From positions 105,648,001 through 105,712,000 of the forward strand of contig OX597817.1 of assembly GCA_951406725.2 (NCBI GenBank): DNA of 64,000 nt, read 5' to 3'. The stretch comes from Octopus vulgaris. Lineage: Eukaryota. This document shows positions 1-14,000 of the stretch, one piece after another. Each line of letters opens with the position of its first letter. Positions within the stretch are counted from its first letter, which is position 1. Made by a program: the position numbers and the translations under genes. The notes beneath the pieces are model-generated. The model did no database searches, was not told where the DNA came from, and was given only the letters and a program-made list of their open reading frames with translations.

Positions 1-400
1 GGGTAGATAATAATGGATGAAAAAAATAATTGTAAATGAATAAAGTGAATGAAAAGGGAAAGTAATATAATATTAGGAATGTGTAGGGAATTTAGCAGAC
101 TAAGGGTGGTTGTTTTTTTAACTCTAGCTCAATCTTGATCCAATAGGCTTATGTTGAAAAGCATTCCAGCTGTAACTGCGACATCTGCATTAGAAGTGTA
201 GGACTATGTTATCCAATCTATCTTTTCTTTATTGAAGACTGTAAGTTGTTACTTCAAGCTGGTCAAGCAAGCATATAAAATCCCTCTGATTTTCTCTGTA
301 GTTTTTGTAATGTAGTTATGGTAAGATTTGACCTCATGACCTTTAATTTCTGAGCAGAGGACAAATATCTTAACTATATGAAATATTTTCTGTTTTGTAG

Positions 401-492
401 TTCCCCACCTTACAGATTAGGAAGAAGGTGTCAGAGAGAGCACCTGAGAGATTGAAGTTTTTAGAAAAATATGAAGAATTGAAAAATTTGAA
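401..492 (+). CDS. TUBGCP2: GCP2 exon a (FPTLQIRKK...FLEKYEELKNL)
   Basis: tag| acceptor, |gtaaga donor; resembles the GCP2 FLKKYDELK motif; an alternative acceptor at 415 is possible. Confidence 0.75.
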
Positions 493-3400
493 GTAAGAAT
501 ATTCTTCTTTTAGCATGTTTTGATCAGTAAATCAACTTTTAAGAGAAGGATGACAAAGAAGTTGAAGATTGTATGAAAACTAAAAATAACATGTTTAAAA
601 TAGGAAGAGCTATTATATCATTATCATCATCTTTGTTTTAATGATCACTTTTGTAAGCTTGCTTGGATCAAATGAGAGTATGTTGAGACTGAGTTTTCTA
701 CAGCCAGATGCACTTCATGTTGCCAACTTCCATCTGTTTCCAAGTGAAGAAATAATCTCCCAGTTTATCGAACATCATCAAACAGCCCAGACGTGCTTAC
801 GTGGAGAAATGGAAACAAATGACACTTAAATCTTTTGTTTACAAAATCAGCACTACATATTAAGACATGTCAAGTATTCTGAACTTGTCTAAACCACTCA
901 CATATACATGTGTGTGTATGTTTATCCAGTTCCATTCTGTTTACTCTCACCCACTCTTGTATACTGTGAGTAGTCATGTATCTCTTTTATCTTCTTCGAT
1001 ACATTAAAGCTCTCATTGACTATCATAAAGCTGCTTCCCTTTCTACTGTAATCTTACTCGGTTGAAGAGGATCTTAGTCATGCATGCTACATGGCAACGT
1101 CACTTGTACTGGTGCCATGAAAAATGTACTTGTACACTTTGTAAAGTGATTGGTAATAGAAAAGGCATCTAGCCATAAAAACCATACCCAAAATAGAACA
1201 TATGAATGATATGTTGTTCCCAATGTGTGTAGGAGGACAGCAATTCCAAATACAAACTGACCTGAACTGTGATGACTTACCAGTGCAGAAAGTGGATGTA
1301 AACTGATGAGGATGAACAATATAGTCACGTTAGCACTAGTATTAGTGATTGAAAATCTAACTGATCTGCTGAAACGTTACCTTGCTTGGAAACAGGTGAG
1401 GGTTGGTGACAGGAAGGATATCTAGTTATAGGATATCTACCCCAACAAATCCCATCTGATCCATGCAACCATGGAAAGAAGGATGTTGGAGGATGGTGGT
1501 GATAACGGTAAATTAGTACAAATAGAACCAGTGCAAGTTGTTAATGTTTTAAGACAATATTCTATCACTGCTGCAGAAGTAATAACTTTCTTAAAATAAA
1601 AACAATAAAAATTGAAGAATTTAAAAAAAAAATTGTGTTTTATACTATTAATCTCTTAGATTAATAATATACCGTAAATCCTTGAGTATAATCCGCATTT
1701 TTTCCCCAAAATTTAAAGGTCAAAATCTCTAGTGCCTACTATATACGAGGTTAAAAATATTTTCTAAGTAATGTCCGAACCTCTATTTGCTCTCCGGAAG
1801 TGTTTATTCAGACGCATTTTGTGATGTTGGGCGCGAAAATACCTTCAGCTAAGCCTGAAAGTAATGTAGTCATAAAAGAATCATCCATAACTTGCAGTAA
1901 GCAACAGTTATTAAAATAAAAGTATTCAGAACACAGAATAACATGTAACAAAAACAATTTGCAAACATATTTACATTTCTATATAACAGTTAAGAACATC
2001 ACCATTATTGTATTATGCATGCGCGGAAGTGTTTGTTTGACTAAGTGCTGCTGGCTTAATTACGCACGACTCAAGTTGGGGAAGTGGTACATATTATACA
2101 CAAGGTTTAGGCTTTTCAGAGGTACAGCCCCCTAAAAATCCCCTGCGTATTATACTCAAGGGCGGACTATACTTGAGGATTTACAGTAGGTTGTTTTTTC
2201 TCATCATGATATTCTTTTCTCTTTGATTAGAATATTTTGTACTGAAAATTCTTCAGTACTTATCTTCTATAAGATTTGATGAAATAAAATACTGCAGTTT
2301 AATATGTCCAGTAATAATTTCAACTGGTGGGTAGTTTGCAAAATTGTTAGCACACTGGGCAAAATGCTTTGTGTCATTTCATCCATCTTTATGTTCTAAG
2401 TTCAAATTCTGTTAAGGCTGACTTTGCCTTTCATCCTTTTGGGGTTGATAAAATAAGTACCAGTTGAGCACTGGGTATGATGTGATCAACTGACTCCTCT
2501 CCCAAAATTGCTAGCCTCATGCCAAAATTTGAAACCAATATTTTCCATTGTTTAGAGAATGTACTGAATGTGTGAATAATGCTCTTTGCTTGAAATTTAA
2601 ATTATTTTCCTCTTCTATATTTCTAGTATCCGTGGTTTGAATCGCTTTGTTTTCTTTCTGTCAGAGATGTGTGAAGACACAGAGGTAATTTCTCTTTAAT
2701 TTTTGTCGTTTTGCTTTTATCTCTCTTAGTATTAGATAGGTGACACTTCAGAGTAGAACATTTGTATGTATTTTCCAGCTTTTAGACTGATAGTTTATTT
2801 TTCAGTTTAATTGTTGTTATCTTGACTGAGCAAACCTATGGTCACTGAATTACAATCATTGCTGTAAACAATAATGATAATAATATTCAGATGATTTGAT
2901 ACGTGTGTGCATACATAGACATTTTTTTTCTTCATTTATTTAATGTCTATTTTCCCATGCCTGCAGGAGTTGGACATATATGTGTATGTTTACTTTAATA
3001 TGGAGGTATAGAGTCTACGATGGAGTCAGTAAAAGTGGTTTACTAATCTAGGATTAAGTTATATATTGTTCATATGCAAAAGAAGAAAAGATATTTCATG
3101 CTTTTTTTGGAAGATGGGTAGTGGTGAAAGCATTAGTTTCATGTTTAAAATAATCAATTTTCTTGCAGTGCAAAAAATGATGGACAGACTGTGTGCAAGT
3201 GAATGGACAAGTGAAGTAATCAATAGTTGCACCCGAAAGAAATGGCTAGAATAGGCAGACATATTTGTGAATGAATAATGTTAAGTTTTGAAATACCATA
3301 AGGTGGTAGAATGTACCTGGGGTTCACTTATATCAGGTCAAGGATAAACGGAAATATGCATTTTGAGAACCAATGTCAGTGTGAGAAGAAGTACATTAAT

Positions 3401-5914
3401 CTGACATGGATTATTTCATAGTTGATATTTTAGAATATTCTGTTTAAAAAAATGTTATTTCTAGTGTCTGAAGTAATTTATTATTTGTTTTCTGTTTTAA
3501 AGACCATAAAATGTTTGAGTGAGAATGAAGAAAAAGCCGAAGCAGAGGCAGTTGTGGAAGAGACTAATGAAACCTTTAATCTTAATGAAAGTAAGATGCC
3601 ATTCCCAGATCTGGATGAGGTAAGTTTATGATTTTAGGTTTGTAAGCATATTCCATTTTTAAAAGCTTGTTCAACTATTTTAGTCATTGATCAGTGGTGA
3701 AATAGCTGTCAAAAAAATGATGAATGCTTTGTTTTTGGCTTAACTTCTCGACCTTTTAGCATTTAAATTAGCCATATCCAGCTCAAACATTACCTGTTTT
3801 ATGTTAAAACTGGCCAAATCCAGCCTTTTATACCTATCCTTCAATGTCATTCTGAAACAGTCATTGAAATCTTGGAGCTAAAAAATAATGCATGATTGAT
3901 TCAAAACAATGTAAATAAATAAACATTACTTTTGACAGAGGGATTCTGAATGCTAAAGGATTAACATATCAAAGAGAAATGTTTTATGTCAGTGCTGAAT
4001 TTGCTCATTTACTTCTCTTTATTTAGTTAAAAGATAAATTACGGAAAGCTCAGGGAACAACACATATTTTCAAGGATATTCATTTAGTTGCTCCTCAGAA
4101 AAAACGTGTTAGTAAGTACCAAATTTATTGTCTCATAATTACTATTATAATTGTTTTTTATAGAATACACTTTGTAAACATTTTGTTAATTTATCTAAGT
4201 TCTTAAGTAAATGCATTTTGTGTACTAAAAAGGCAGCCTCTTTGTTAAGTTTTCTGAATTCCATTTTCATATACCTTTTTAGAATAAAAATTTTACTGTC
4301 AACTTTTCTGTATACTTGATAAAATAATTTCCCCCTGCTGTTAATTTTTGATAATGAAAGCCATTAAATTCTGGCATTTTTACTCCATGTTTTTGTTGCA
4401 AGTTTATCAATTCTTATAGAATATGTACTTCACTTTGTTTCATTCATTTCTTTCTTCAGTTTCCCATGTAAGCATAAATTAAGTGAATACATATATGTAT
4501 TAGTGAGGCATTGTCTACAGCTGGATGCCATTACTGTCACTAAACCATACCTGTCTTTCAATTAGGGGCTCTCTTATTCCACACTTCTATCAAAGTGCTG
4601 AGCCAGTGAAAGATGTATTGAGTAGGAAATGACAACAAACTTCACTGCTTATAGGTCAGCATATTTTTATGTGTAGTGTGCAGGATATAAACATTCACAT
4701 AGACACACATGGTGGGTTTTCTAATTACTAAATTCATTTGTGTTGTAGGACGTTACCAGAAACCATTTAGTTGAGATGTGAATTTTTTAACCATAAAGGT
4801 ATTGATCTGTGTAAGACTGCCATTTTCCTGTATGGTTACTATATCATATAACTGAAGAATATTGCCTGTCTATTGCCTTCCTATTCTGTATGGCTGGGTA
4901 AACTGCAGATATGTAGAATTTAGATGTTAATTGATTCTGAGTCAGCCATGAAATTTTGTAAATCTATGTTAAAAGTCATTCCTGATGTGACTATTGAATT
5001 TTTTTCTTTGATTATTGTGTATGTAGACCTTTGTGATTTCTTAGGGGTTTGGCAGCAATTTCTAGCAGTTTGAGTTGCTGCATTGAGGCTCTCACATTTG
5101 CTTGTGTTCTTCAAAGAAATGCAACAAAATGCTTGTTGTGGAATTGAACTCATGATCTACCTTCTCCACTTAGCTCTCACGCCATTATAATCTAAGATAT
5201 AATTTGTACTTTATTAACTAGTGTTGATGCTCTAATATTTGTAGGAATATTTCTTGATGTTACTTTGTCTCTCTTTTAGTGACAGTGCCTGAGCAGCCAG
5301 ATTGGTTGTTTTCAAGATCTTGGTTAACAATGGATTATGTACACGATATTGCTGGTTACACTGATGAGGTATAATTACTTTTTCTTTTTCTTAACTTATT
5401 TTTATTATTATTATTTCAAACCATAAAATTGTGGTCAAAATAGCTTCATTCATTGATGCCATCTACTAACATAACTAGCAGTGTGTCTCCCCCTCTGTTT
5501 ATCCATTCCTCTGATATGTACATCAAAGGCTATTACAAGGGTGTACTGTAAAGTTCCTGGCTTTAAGGATATTGTGAAAAGCCTGGTTAGAGGCCTAACC
5601 TTCTTAGTTCTTTTACAAGGTTTAATAAAATCATAATTAACTGACCTTCCTGTGTTTTTTTTTTACCCAAAGCCAGGAACTTTTCAGCATCCCCTCATAG
5701 CCTGCCAAGAAATTGAAAGAATATATTTTATTGGGCTTTTAACTTTACGCATTCTTATGTATCTATCAATTTGTTTGCGATCTCTCTGCATCTATTGTGC
5801 ATCCATAATCCAGAATTCTTACATGCTTCTTTTCTGCATATTGAATGTGGCCATCTTCCTGATGGCAGAGGTGTGTACTGTCCTCCTTTCTTGCTAGCAA
5901 AAACTTTATATATT

Positions 5915-5947
<33 letters not shown>

Positions 5948-8900
5948 ATATTCAATACCTATCATGTCTCTTTCAGGATCTAATCATTGTTTCAGTTTCA
6001 GCACATTGATCTCAGATCAGTCATATGCCAAAAATTATAACTCTGAAATTTGAATTATTTACTCTTACTCTTACTCTTACTCTTACTCTTACTCTTTACT
6101 CTTTTACTTGTTTCAGTCATTTGACTGCGGCCATGCTGGAGCACCGCCTTTTAGTCGAGCAAATCGACCCCAGGACTTATTGTTTGTAAGCCCAGTACTT
6201 ATTCTATCGGTCTCTTTTGCTGAACCGCTAAGTGACGGGGACGTAAACACACCAGCATTGGTTGTCAAGCAATGCTAGGGGGACAAACACAGACACACAA
6301 ACGCATACACACACACATATATATATATATACATATATACGACAGGCTTCTTTCTGTTTCCGTCTACCAAATCCACTCACAAGGCATTGGTCGGCCCGGA
6401 GCTATAGCAATAGACACTTGCCCAAGATGCCACGCAGTGGGACTGAACCCGGAACCATGTGGTTGGTTAGTAAGCTACTTACCACACAGCCACTCCTGCA
6501 CCTTTATTAAGTTAATCTAATATTATTATTAAATTACATGAATGCAGTTTGTAAAGTTACCTCTTTATTTCTATACTATTTCTCATTTTCTCCTATAGCA
6601 TCTTCCTGTTCTTGGCACCCTGTCTCTTAGTGAACAAGAGAAGTTGGTTATTGCTGATCTACTTTTCCTTTTACAGGTATGTAAAGGAAAGAGTTTTTGA
6701 TTTAATATCATTATATTCTGATATTGATTATATTGCAGAATTAAGTTTGTTAAATACTTAATAAAAATGTATTTTACAATGCAATAATATGCTGATAGTG
6801 CAGTACAGCCATTTGCTATCACATCCACCTGCTTTATCTCGACTGTCAATCATGCAAGCTGTGACTGTTCTTTGCTGAAAACTGCACTTTCAAGAATTTT
6901 GTAAAAAAAAAAAAAAAAAAAAGCAATAAATTACTTACTTTGTTTATTAAAACGAAAAATTTGTGAAAATTTTGATACCTTAAATGTATTAGATGGCAGG
7001 TTTTGTATTATTTTGAAAGAACTTTAAACTGCAATTACCCCTGAAGTCAATGTCCAATATACATAATTTTTTTTTTTTACCATATAAGTTTTCCAAATGT
7101 TCCTTATGTTTTAATTTTTGGTGTGGTGTGCAACAACTAAAATAATCTCATTTTTGTTATGTATCATCTATAATAGCTAAAGATAATAATCTTATTCTAA
7201 TGTTTGAAATTGTGTGATTTGTATTGAAATTATAGTGTTTTTAATTTTTCTTTAATTGGATCCAAATAAAAAAAATTATCATTTACTTTTAGGGTGTAGA
7301 AGGCAGTTACATTTTACCAAAGCCTCTAAAGGCTAAGTATGACAACAAAGAATTTATTGTTGATAGTAGCCTTGGTGAGTTGAACACTTTTTAAAATAAA
7401 TTTAGGGAAATAAGATGATTAAAGATATTCTGCTAATCATTTGTATTATTTTATGGTATGTTTAATGCTTTTATAGGGTTATGTTTGGTTTGTGAAAATA
7501 CAGATATCTTGGAGCAAATAAATATCATTGGGCTTCATTTTTTGTGTTCTGTCAATATTTAGAGCTCTGCTAGTGTTAAATATACATTAAAAAAAATGGA
7601 AAAAGAAAAGAATTTAGATTTCAATAATGATTTCATACTAGAACATTATAGTTAAAGAATTCAAATAAATTGTACAACAATTTACATTGAAAAAAAAATT
7701 AACGGAAGCCTGAGGTTAAATGTTATCTATTATAGAAATATACTGTTTTGATATCTGTGATGGAACAGAGCATATGCATATATTTCTGAAGAAATACAGG
7801 GTTAAATGGGTAACAGTAATTAGTGGCATAATTGACACCTAAGTGCAATCAGATGGTGTAATAATGAATCTTTTATATTTTCTTTTATCTTTCACATATT
7901 TCTGTCACCTGACTGCAGCCATGCTGGGGCACCACCTTGAAGGGTTTTAGCAGAACAAATTGGCCCCAGGACTTTTTTTAAAGCTTAGTACTTATTGTAT
8001 TGGTTTCTTTTGCCGAACCACTAAGTTATGGGCATGTAAACACATCAACGCGTTATCAAGTGGTGGTGGTGGTGGGACAAACATAGACATAAAGACACAC
8101 ACACATGAATATGTATGTGTATATATATATATATATATATATAATGGGCTTCTTTCGGTTTCTGTCTACCACACTCACTTATGAGGCTTGAGGCTTTAGT
8201 AGAAGGCACTTACACAGTAGGACTGAACCTGTAACCATGTGGTTGGGAAGCAAGCTTCTTACCACACAGCTGCACCTTGAATATTGAGGAATTAGGAGTA
8301 TCATTGGCTTGTAGTACTCAAGGTAGTTGGCAAAATGTAAAATTAAGACGAAACTGCCAAGAGTGAAATCTATTGTAATTAGAGAGAGAGAGGGAGAGAA
8401 TATTTCATCATAAGATAATTGTAATATTTTGATTTTAAAAATATTGTTTCTATTGTTTTTTTTATAGATCCTTCTTTATCTGAGCTCACACAACGAATTC
8501 TTCCTTTGTGTTCATATTATTCTACAGTTGTTCGATTTATTGAAGGTAAAGAACTGATTTTTTCATTAAAGAACAGTATTTGGTAGCTACTATTGTGTCA
8601 TGAAGATGTGTGGTTAAGTGGTTAGGGTATTTGGCTAATGATTGTAAGGTCGTGAGTTCAATTCCCAGCGATGCATTGTGTCCTTGAGCAAGATACTTTA
8701 TTTCATGTTGCTCCAGTTCACTCAGCTTTCAAAAATGAGTTCTGCCTGTATTTCAAAGGGTCAGCCTTGTCATTCTCTGTGTCACATTGACTCTCTTTGT
8801 GAACTACAATAAAGGCACACGTGTCTGTGGAGTGCTCAGCCACTTGCATGTTAATTTCATGAGTAGGCTGTTCCGTTGATCGGATCATCTGGAATCTTCA

Positions 8901-11015
8901 TTGTTGTAACCAACCGAGTGCCACTATTGTGGCAAATGATATTTTAAAGAGTTGTTAACCTATCAACATTCTAAAATCCATAGATGCAGTAGAACTAGCA
9001 GAATCAAGCATTTAGTTATACCACTTTACATTCAAATTGTACTGAATTTGAGTTTATGCTTCAACTTTACTCGATTGATAAAATAATTACCAGTCAAGTG
9101 TTATGCTTATATTACTTGAAGTGAGACCAGCATCATCACCATCATTTTTACATCTGTTTTTTCCATGCTGGGATGAGTTGGACAAGACTTTGTTGAAGCA
9201 GTATGCTGATCCTTTCACAAGCATTTACTTGTTTCCAAGTGAAGTACTTATTCCCCTGATCTTTATATTGGGTTATCCGGAAAGTTCGTGCCGATTTTTA
9301 AAGGAACAAAAAAGGTCAATAAATACTTGCCATTACATTTTTAATCACCCAAATATGAACCATTTTGTTGTACAATGTATCTCCATCTTTCCTTTAACTT
9401 GCAAATACTCTCTTCCCAGAATTGAGGTGGTTTCATGGCTAAGAATTCATCAAGGTATCTTTTTACGTCATCCAAGGAATTGAGATTTTTACCATTAAGA
9501 CTATTCTGCAGAGACCTGAATAAGTGGCAGTCCGGAGGAGCAATATCTGATGAATATGGAGGGTGGGGTAACACATCCCAGCTGAGCTGCAGCAATTTAT
9601 GTCTGGTTCCCAAAGCATCAAGTGCCAAAAAGGAACTTTCTTATCTTCCATTTTGAAGGGTTACACAATTAACACAGGTTATAGGAACATAATCATTCTT
9701 CCATGAAAAAAAAGCTTAAACTGTGCTCTAAATGGAGGTATAGTCAAATCCTGTTTTATGGACTCAACCGTGTTCTAAAATAAGTCGAAAGGTAAGCTAC
9801 TATAAATCGGCACAAACTTTCCAGACAACCGAATACAACAAATCACACAACAGCCAGATATGTATTAAAGGCAATCATAAACATTGACACTGTTTAAGTA
9901 GTGACATTATTTTATATTTTGAACGAGTGAAGAAAGTAAAGATGCAGGTGGGAAAACAAAAAAAATAGTTTTCCATGAACATTTTTGGTGCCTTATATGC
10001 ATAAAATATGATTGACTATTGAAGCTGAAAGTTGAATCGTTAATTAAGTTACCTTATTTATTCAAACAACAATAACCATTTACATTTAATGAAGTTTTTA
10101 TTCATTGTTTGAAAATCAGTTTATTTATACATTGTTAAAGTTTCTTTTCTTTTTATTTTTAAAGAGAAATCAGCATATGAATATGGTTTAGTGAACCAGG
10201 CGTTGGCTGCCGCTATGCGGTCATTAATAAAAGTAAGTATGAATAAATTATTTCAACTGTATATTCTGTTTTGTTGATTTCCTTGAATTAGAAGAATAAA
10301 ATATAAATTTGGTTTCATCATCATTGTTTAATGTTCATTTTCTGTGCTGACATGGATTGGACGGTTTGACACAGGACTGGGGCCAGCCAGAGAGCTGTCC
10401 TGGCTCCAATTGCCTGTTCTGGCATGGTTTCTACAGCTGGATGCCCTTCCTAACACCAACCACTTTACAGTGTGCTGGGTGAATTTTATGTGGTACTGGC
10501 ATAAGTGCATCTTACATTGCACTGGCACAAGTGCATTCTGCATGGCACCAGCACCAAAGAGAGGGAGTGGGCGGCATGGCCATAAGGGACATGCCTGTAT
10601 GTATGGATGGCCTCGATTTTACTTAGCTTAATGTGTCTTCTCAAGTACAGCAAAGCACCATAAGTCCTGGTCGCTTGTCATTTCCTCTGTGAGGCACAGT
10701 GTCTGAAGATCCTTTCTCGCCACTTTGTCCCATGTCTTCCTGGGTCTACCCTTCCTCACGTTCTCTCCACAATTAGAGAACGGCAACTATGTTTGCTTTA
10801 TTGTAGCATGAATACTAGCTGCTTGTTAGACAAAGATCTCTACTCAGGCGTAGGAGTGGCTGTGTGATTAGTAGCTTGCTTACAAACCATGTGGTTCCTG
10901 GTTCAGTCCCACTGCGTGGCACCTTGGGCAAGTGTCTTCTACTATAGCCTCGGGCTGACTAAAGCCTTGTGAGTGGATCTGGTAGACGGAAACTGAAAGA
11001 AGCCCGTTCTATATA

Positions 11016-11050
<35 letters not shown>

Positions 11051-14000
11051 GAGTACAGGACACCACCAATAAATGTAGAACACAACGAGAAACGAAAACA
11101 TAAAGTCAAACAAGGAAACAGACTTTTTTTAACAATGAAAAAACAGAGTACAGGACAAACGATACAAGGAAAATTCCCCTTCATCAGCTGCCCCTGGTTC
11201 AACTCAATGCGTGTTTCGAAGGTAAGGGCAGAACACAGCCAGGCCAAAGCAGTCCTTCCTGCTAAAGTAATTAAATAAAATTCTTTTGCAGAGGGGTAAA
11301 ACAAGTGACAAGAACAGGACGTAAAAGCAATACAAATGAAGAAAAAACAGTAGAAAAAACAATTCAAATAAGGAATTACAGGACAGGGAACCAACAATAA
11401 GGGCTTTTTTAGGCCTAGATGGTGGAAAAATTAGTTAGAACGCATGTGAAAAATTGGCTTGTGAAAGACAGGGAAGTCGATCTATGCTTGTTGAAGGCAC
11501 GGAGCTGAAAGAAAGTTTTTAGTAGCGCTCTGGTCAAAGCCAGAGAGAGGAGGAGGAGGAGAGAGAGAGAGGGGGGGGGAAGAAACCAAAAGGTGAAAAA
11601 TAAGAAGGAGAGAGACAAGTAGAGAGGAAGACAGACAGGCAAGGAGGAAGGTCAAGTAAAGAGTAAGAGTGCGCGTCATATATATATATATATGTGTGTG
11701 TGTGTTTGTGTTTGTCCCCCCAAAATCGCTTGACAACCGATGCTGGTGTGTTTACATACCTGTAACTTAGTGGTTCGGCAAAAGAGACCGATAGAATAAG
11801 TACTAGGCTTACAAAGAATAAGTCCTGGGGTTGATTTGCTCGACTAAAGGTGGTGCTCCAGCATGGCCCCAGTCAAATGACTGAAACAAGTAAAAGAGTA
11901 ATGTAGCTATCCTTGCATAACTTGAACTACTGAGTCTTTTGGCCTACTAGAAATAGCAACCAAGTTTGCTTAAAATCACATCTCACTATGTTAAATGTTG
12001 GGTGGCCATACTGGAATGTATAGTCTGGGATATAGTATGCTAATATTAAGGATGAGGTGATTGCAGGTGGAAGTTATTTTATAAAGTAAAAAAAAAAGAC
12101 TCCCTTTGATCATGAATGACCATGGGATTGCACCTAGAAAGTTTCCCTCCGAGACACAAACTTGGGCAAAGTTGTTTATGGAAGACCAGCAGTTGCCCAT
12201 GCATACCAGCCTCCCTTCCCCATGCTACCGATGTTATCCAAGGGAAAGGCAAATGCCAATAGAGTTTGGCACCAGTGATGTTGCATCTCATTTCTACAGC
12301 TGAGTGAAGTGGAGCAATGTGAAATAAAGTGTCTTGCTCAAGAACAAACACACAGCTCTCATGATCGTGAGCTCGACACTCTAATCACTTTTATCATAGA
12401 TTTATTTAATTGGTGAGTGCTTTACTAAATGTTTAAAATCATGTTCATATTTGGGTTTTAAAAGTAGGGATCTTTAATTCACTAACATAACATATATATA
12501 TATATAGGCACAGGAGTGGCTGTGTGGTAAGAAGCTTGCTTCCCAACCATGTGGTCTGCGTTCAGTCCCACTGCGTGGCACCTTGGGCAAGTGTCTTCTA
12601 CTATAGCCTCGGGCCGACTAAAGCCTTGTGAGTGGATTTGGTAGATGGAAACTGAAAGCAGACCGTTGTGTGTGTATATATGTGTGTATGTATGTATTTG
12701 TGTGTCTGTGTTTGTCATCCTGACATCACTTGACAACCAGTGCTGGTGTATTTACGTTCCTGAAGCTTAGCGGTTCAGCAAACTGCTAAGATAGAAAATG
12801 TACTTGACCAATAGAATAAGTACTAGGCTTAAAGAAAAGTCCTGGGGTCGATTTGTTCAACTAAAGGCTGTGCTCCAGCAAGGCCACAGTCAAAATGACT
12901 GAAATAAGTAAAAGAGTTAAAGAAGTTTGTATCATCGTTTTAAAAAATATTAACTAATACCTGGTCTTATATGTGGTTAGGTCCTGCCCATCATAATTAT
13001 ATATACATTTGATCTCAGTCTTCTCTAAATGATCTTCCTTCAGTGTGAAATCTTGGTGCTAATTTGTCTTCTTTATTTCAGGATTATAATATCCTTGTGG
13101 CCCAGCTGGAGCATGAAAACCGCCAGGTTTGTACATCTTCATGTTTTAGTAGTTTTCTATTTCAGAATGTTTTCAGTTAGTAAAAGTTTTTTCATTTATT
13201 TTATTTTGTTGATAAAAAGTATTTTATAAACATATACTCTGTACTCAGGTGTTTAGTAACATTGTAATTAAATCAATTACTGTTTGATTGTAACTTACTT
13301 GACAATTGTTACTAGTGCTTGTTTAAAACTTACAATACATATTACTGTGATACAATATAAGCTTGTGTTTAACCATATCTAGCCCATATGTTTCATCTGT
13401 TTAATGTTAAGTGCCTAGATCTGTCATTTCACACCTACCCTACTATGTCATTCTAAAAAGAAACAATTACACCATCAAAATCGCAAAATAAGCATTGCAT
13501 TTGACAGAAGAACCTGAATGTTAAAGGGTTAAAGAAGTTTGTACCATGATTTTATTAACTTAAATGTTTTTAATGTTTTTATATGGTTCAGTCACAAAGA
13601 AGGAGCAGTGTCTATAACCCATGCTGTTCTGCATTTGGTGAACCTGTTTCAGTTGATATTCAGGTGACCTTTGTTAATGTCTGCAGAAAAATCATGGACA
13701 GGGAAGAACAATTGGATATTGGGGCTTGTGAGGTGGTGGTGGCTAGGATTGAGACATAGTATAAGGATAATGAGAGAAAGAGTAGTGTATCAAGTAAGCT
13801 TGGGTGGAGTGGTATGACACTAACTGGTTCAGAGGAGCAAAGACTGTTGAGTAATGATAAAATAAAAAGACTGAGACAGCATGACTAGGCCAAAGGCTGT
13901 GGTGTATTGGTTAGTGGATTGTTGCCAATCAATTGAACTGCCCTTTGTGTGTGTGTCAGTAGCAGTGTCTCAGCTATAGAAGTCCTCCATTGTGAGTCTA

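Noticed and set aside
6061-6105. Telomere-like hexamer array (TTACTC)n
   Set aside because: It is the expanded tail of the adjoining minus-strand SINE.
6440-6502. SINE heads as tRNA genes
   Set aside because: A/B boxes are present, but I see no full cloverleaf and they are always fused to the SINE body.
13089-13097. ATATCCTTG as a U12 donor
   Set aside because: It lies inside exon j, whose conserved LVAQLE codons continue through it to a normal GT donor.
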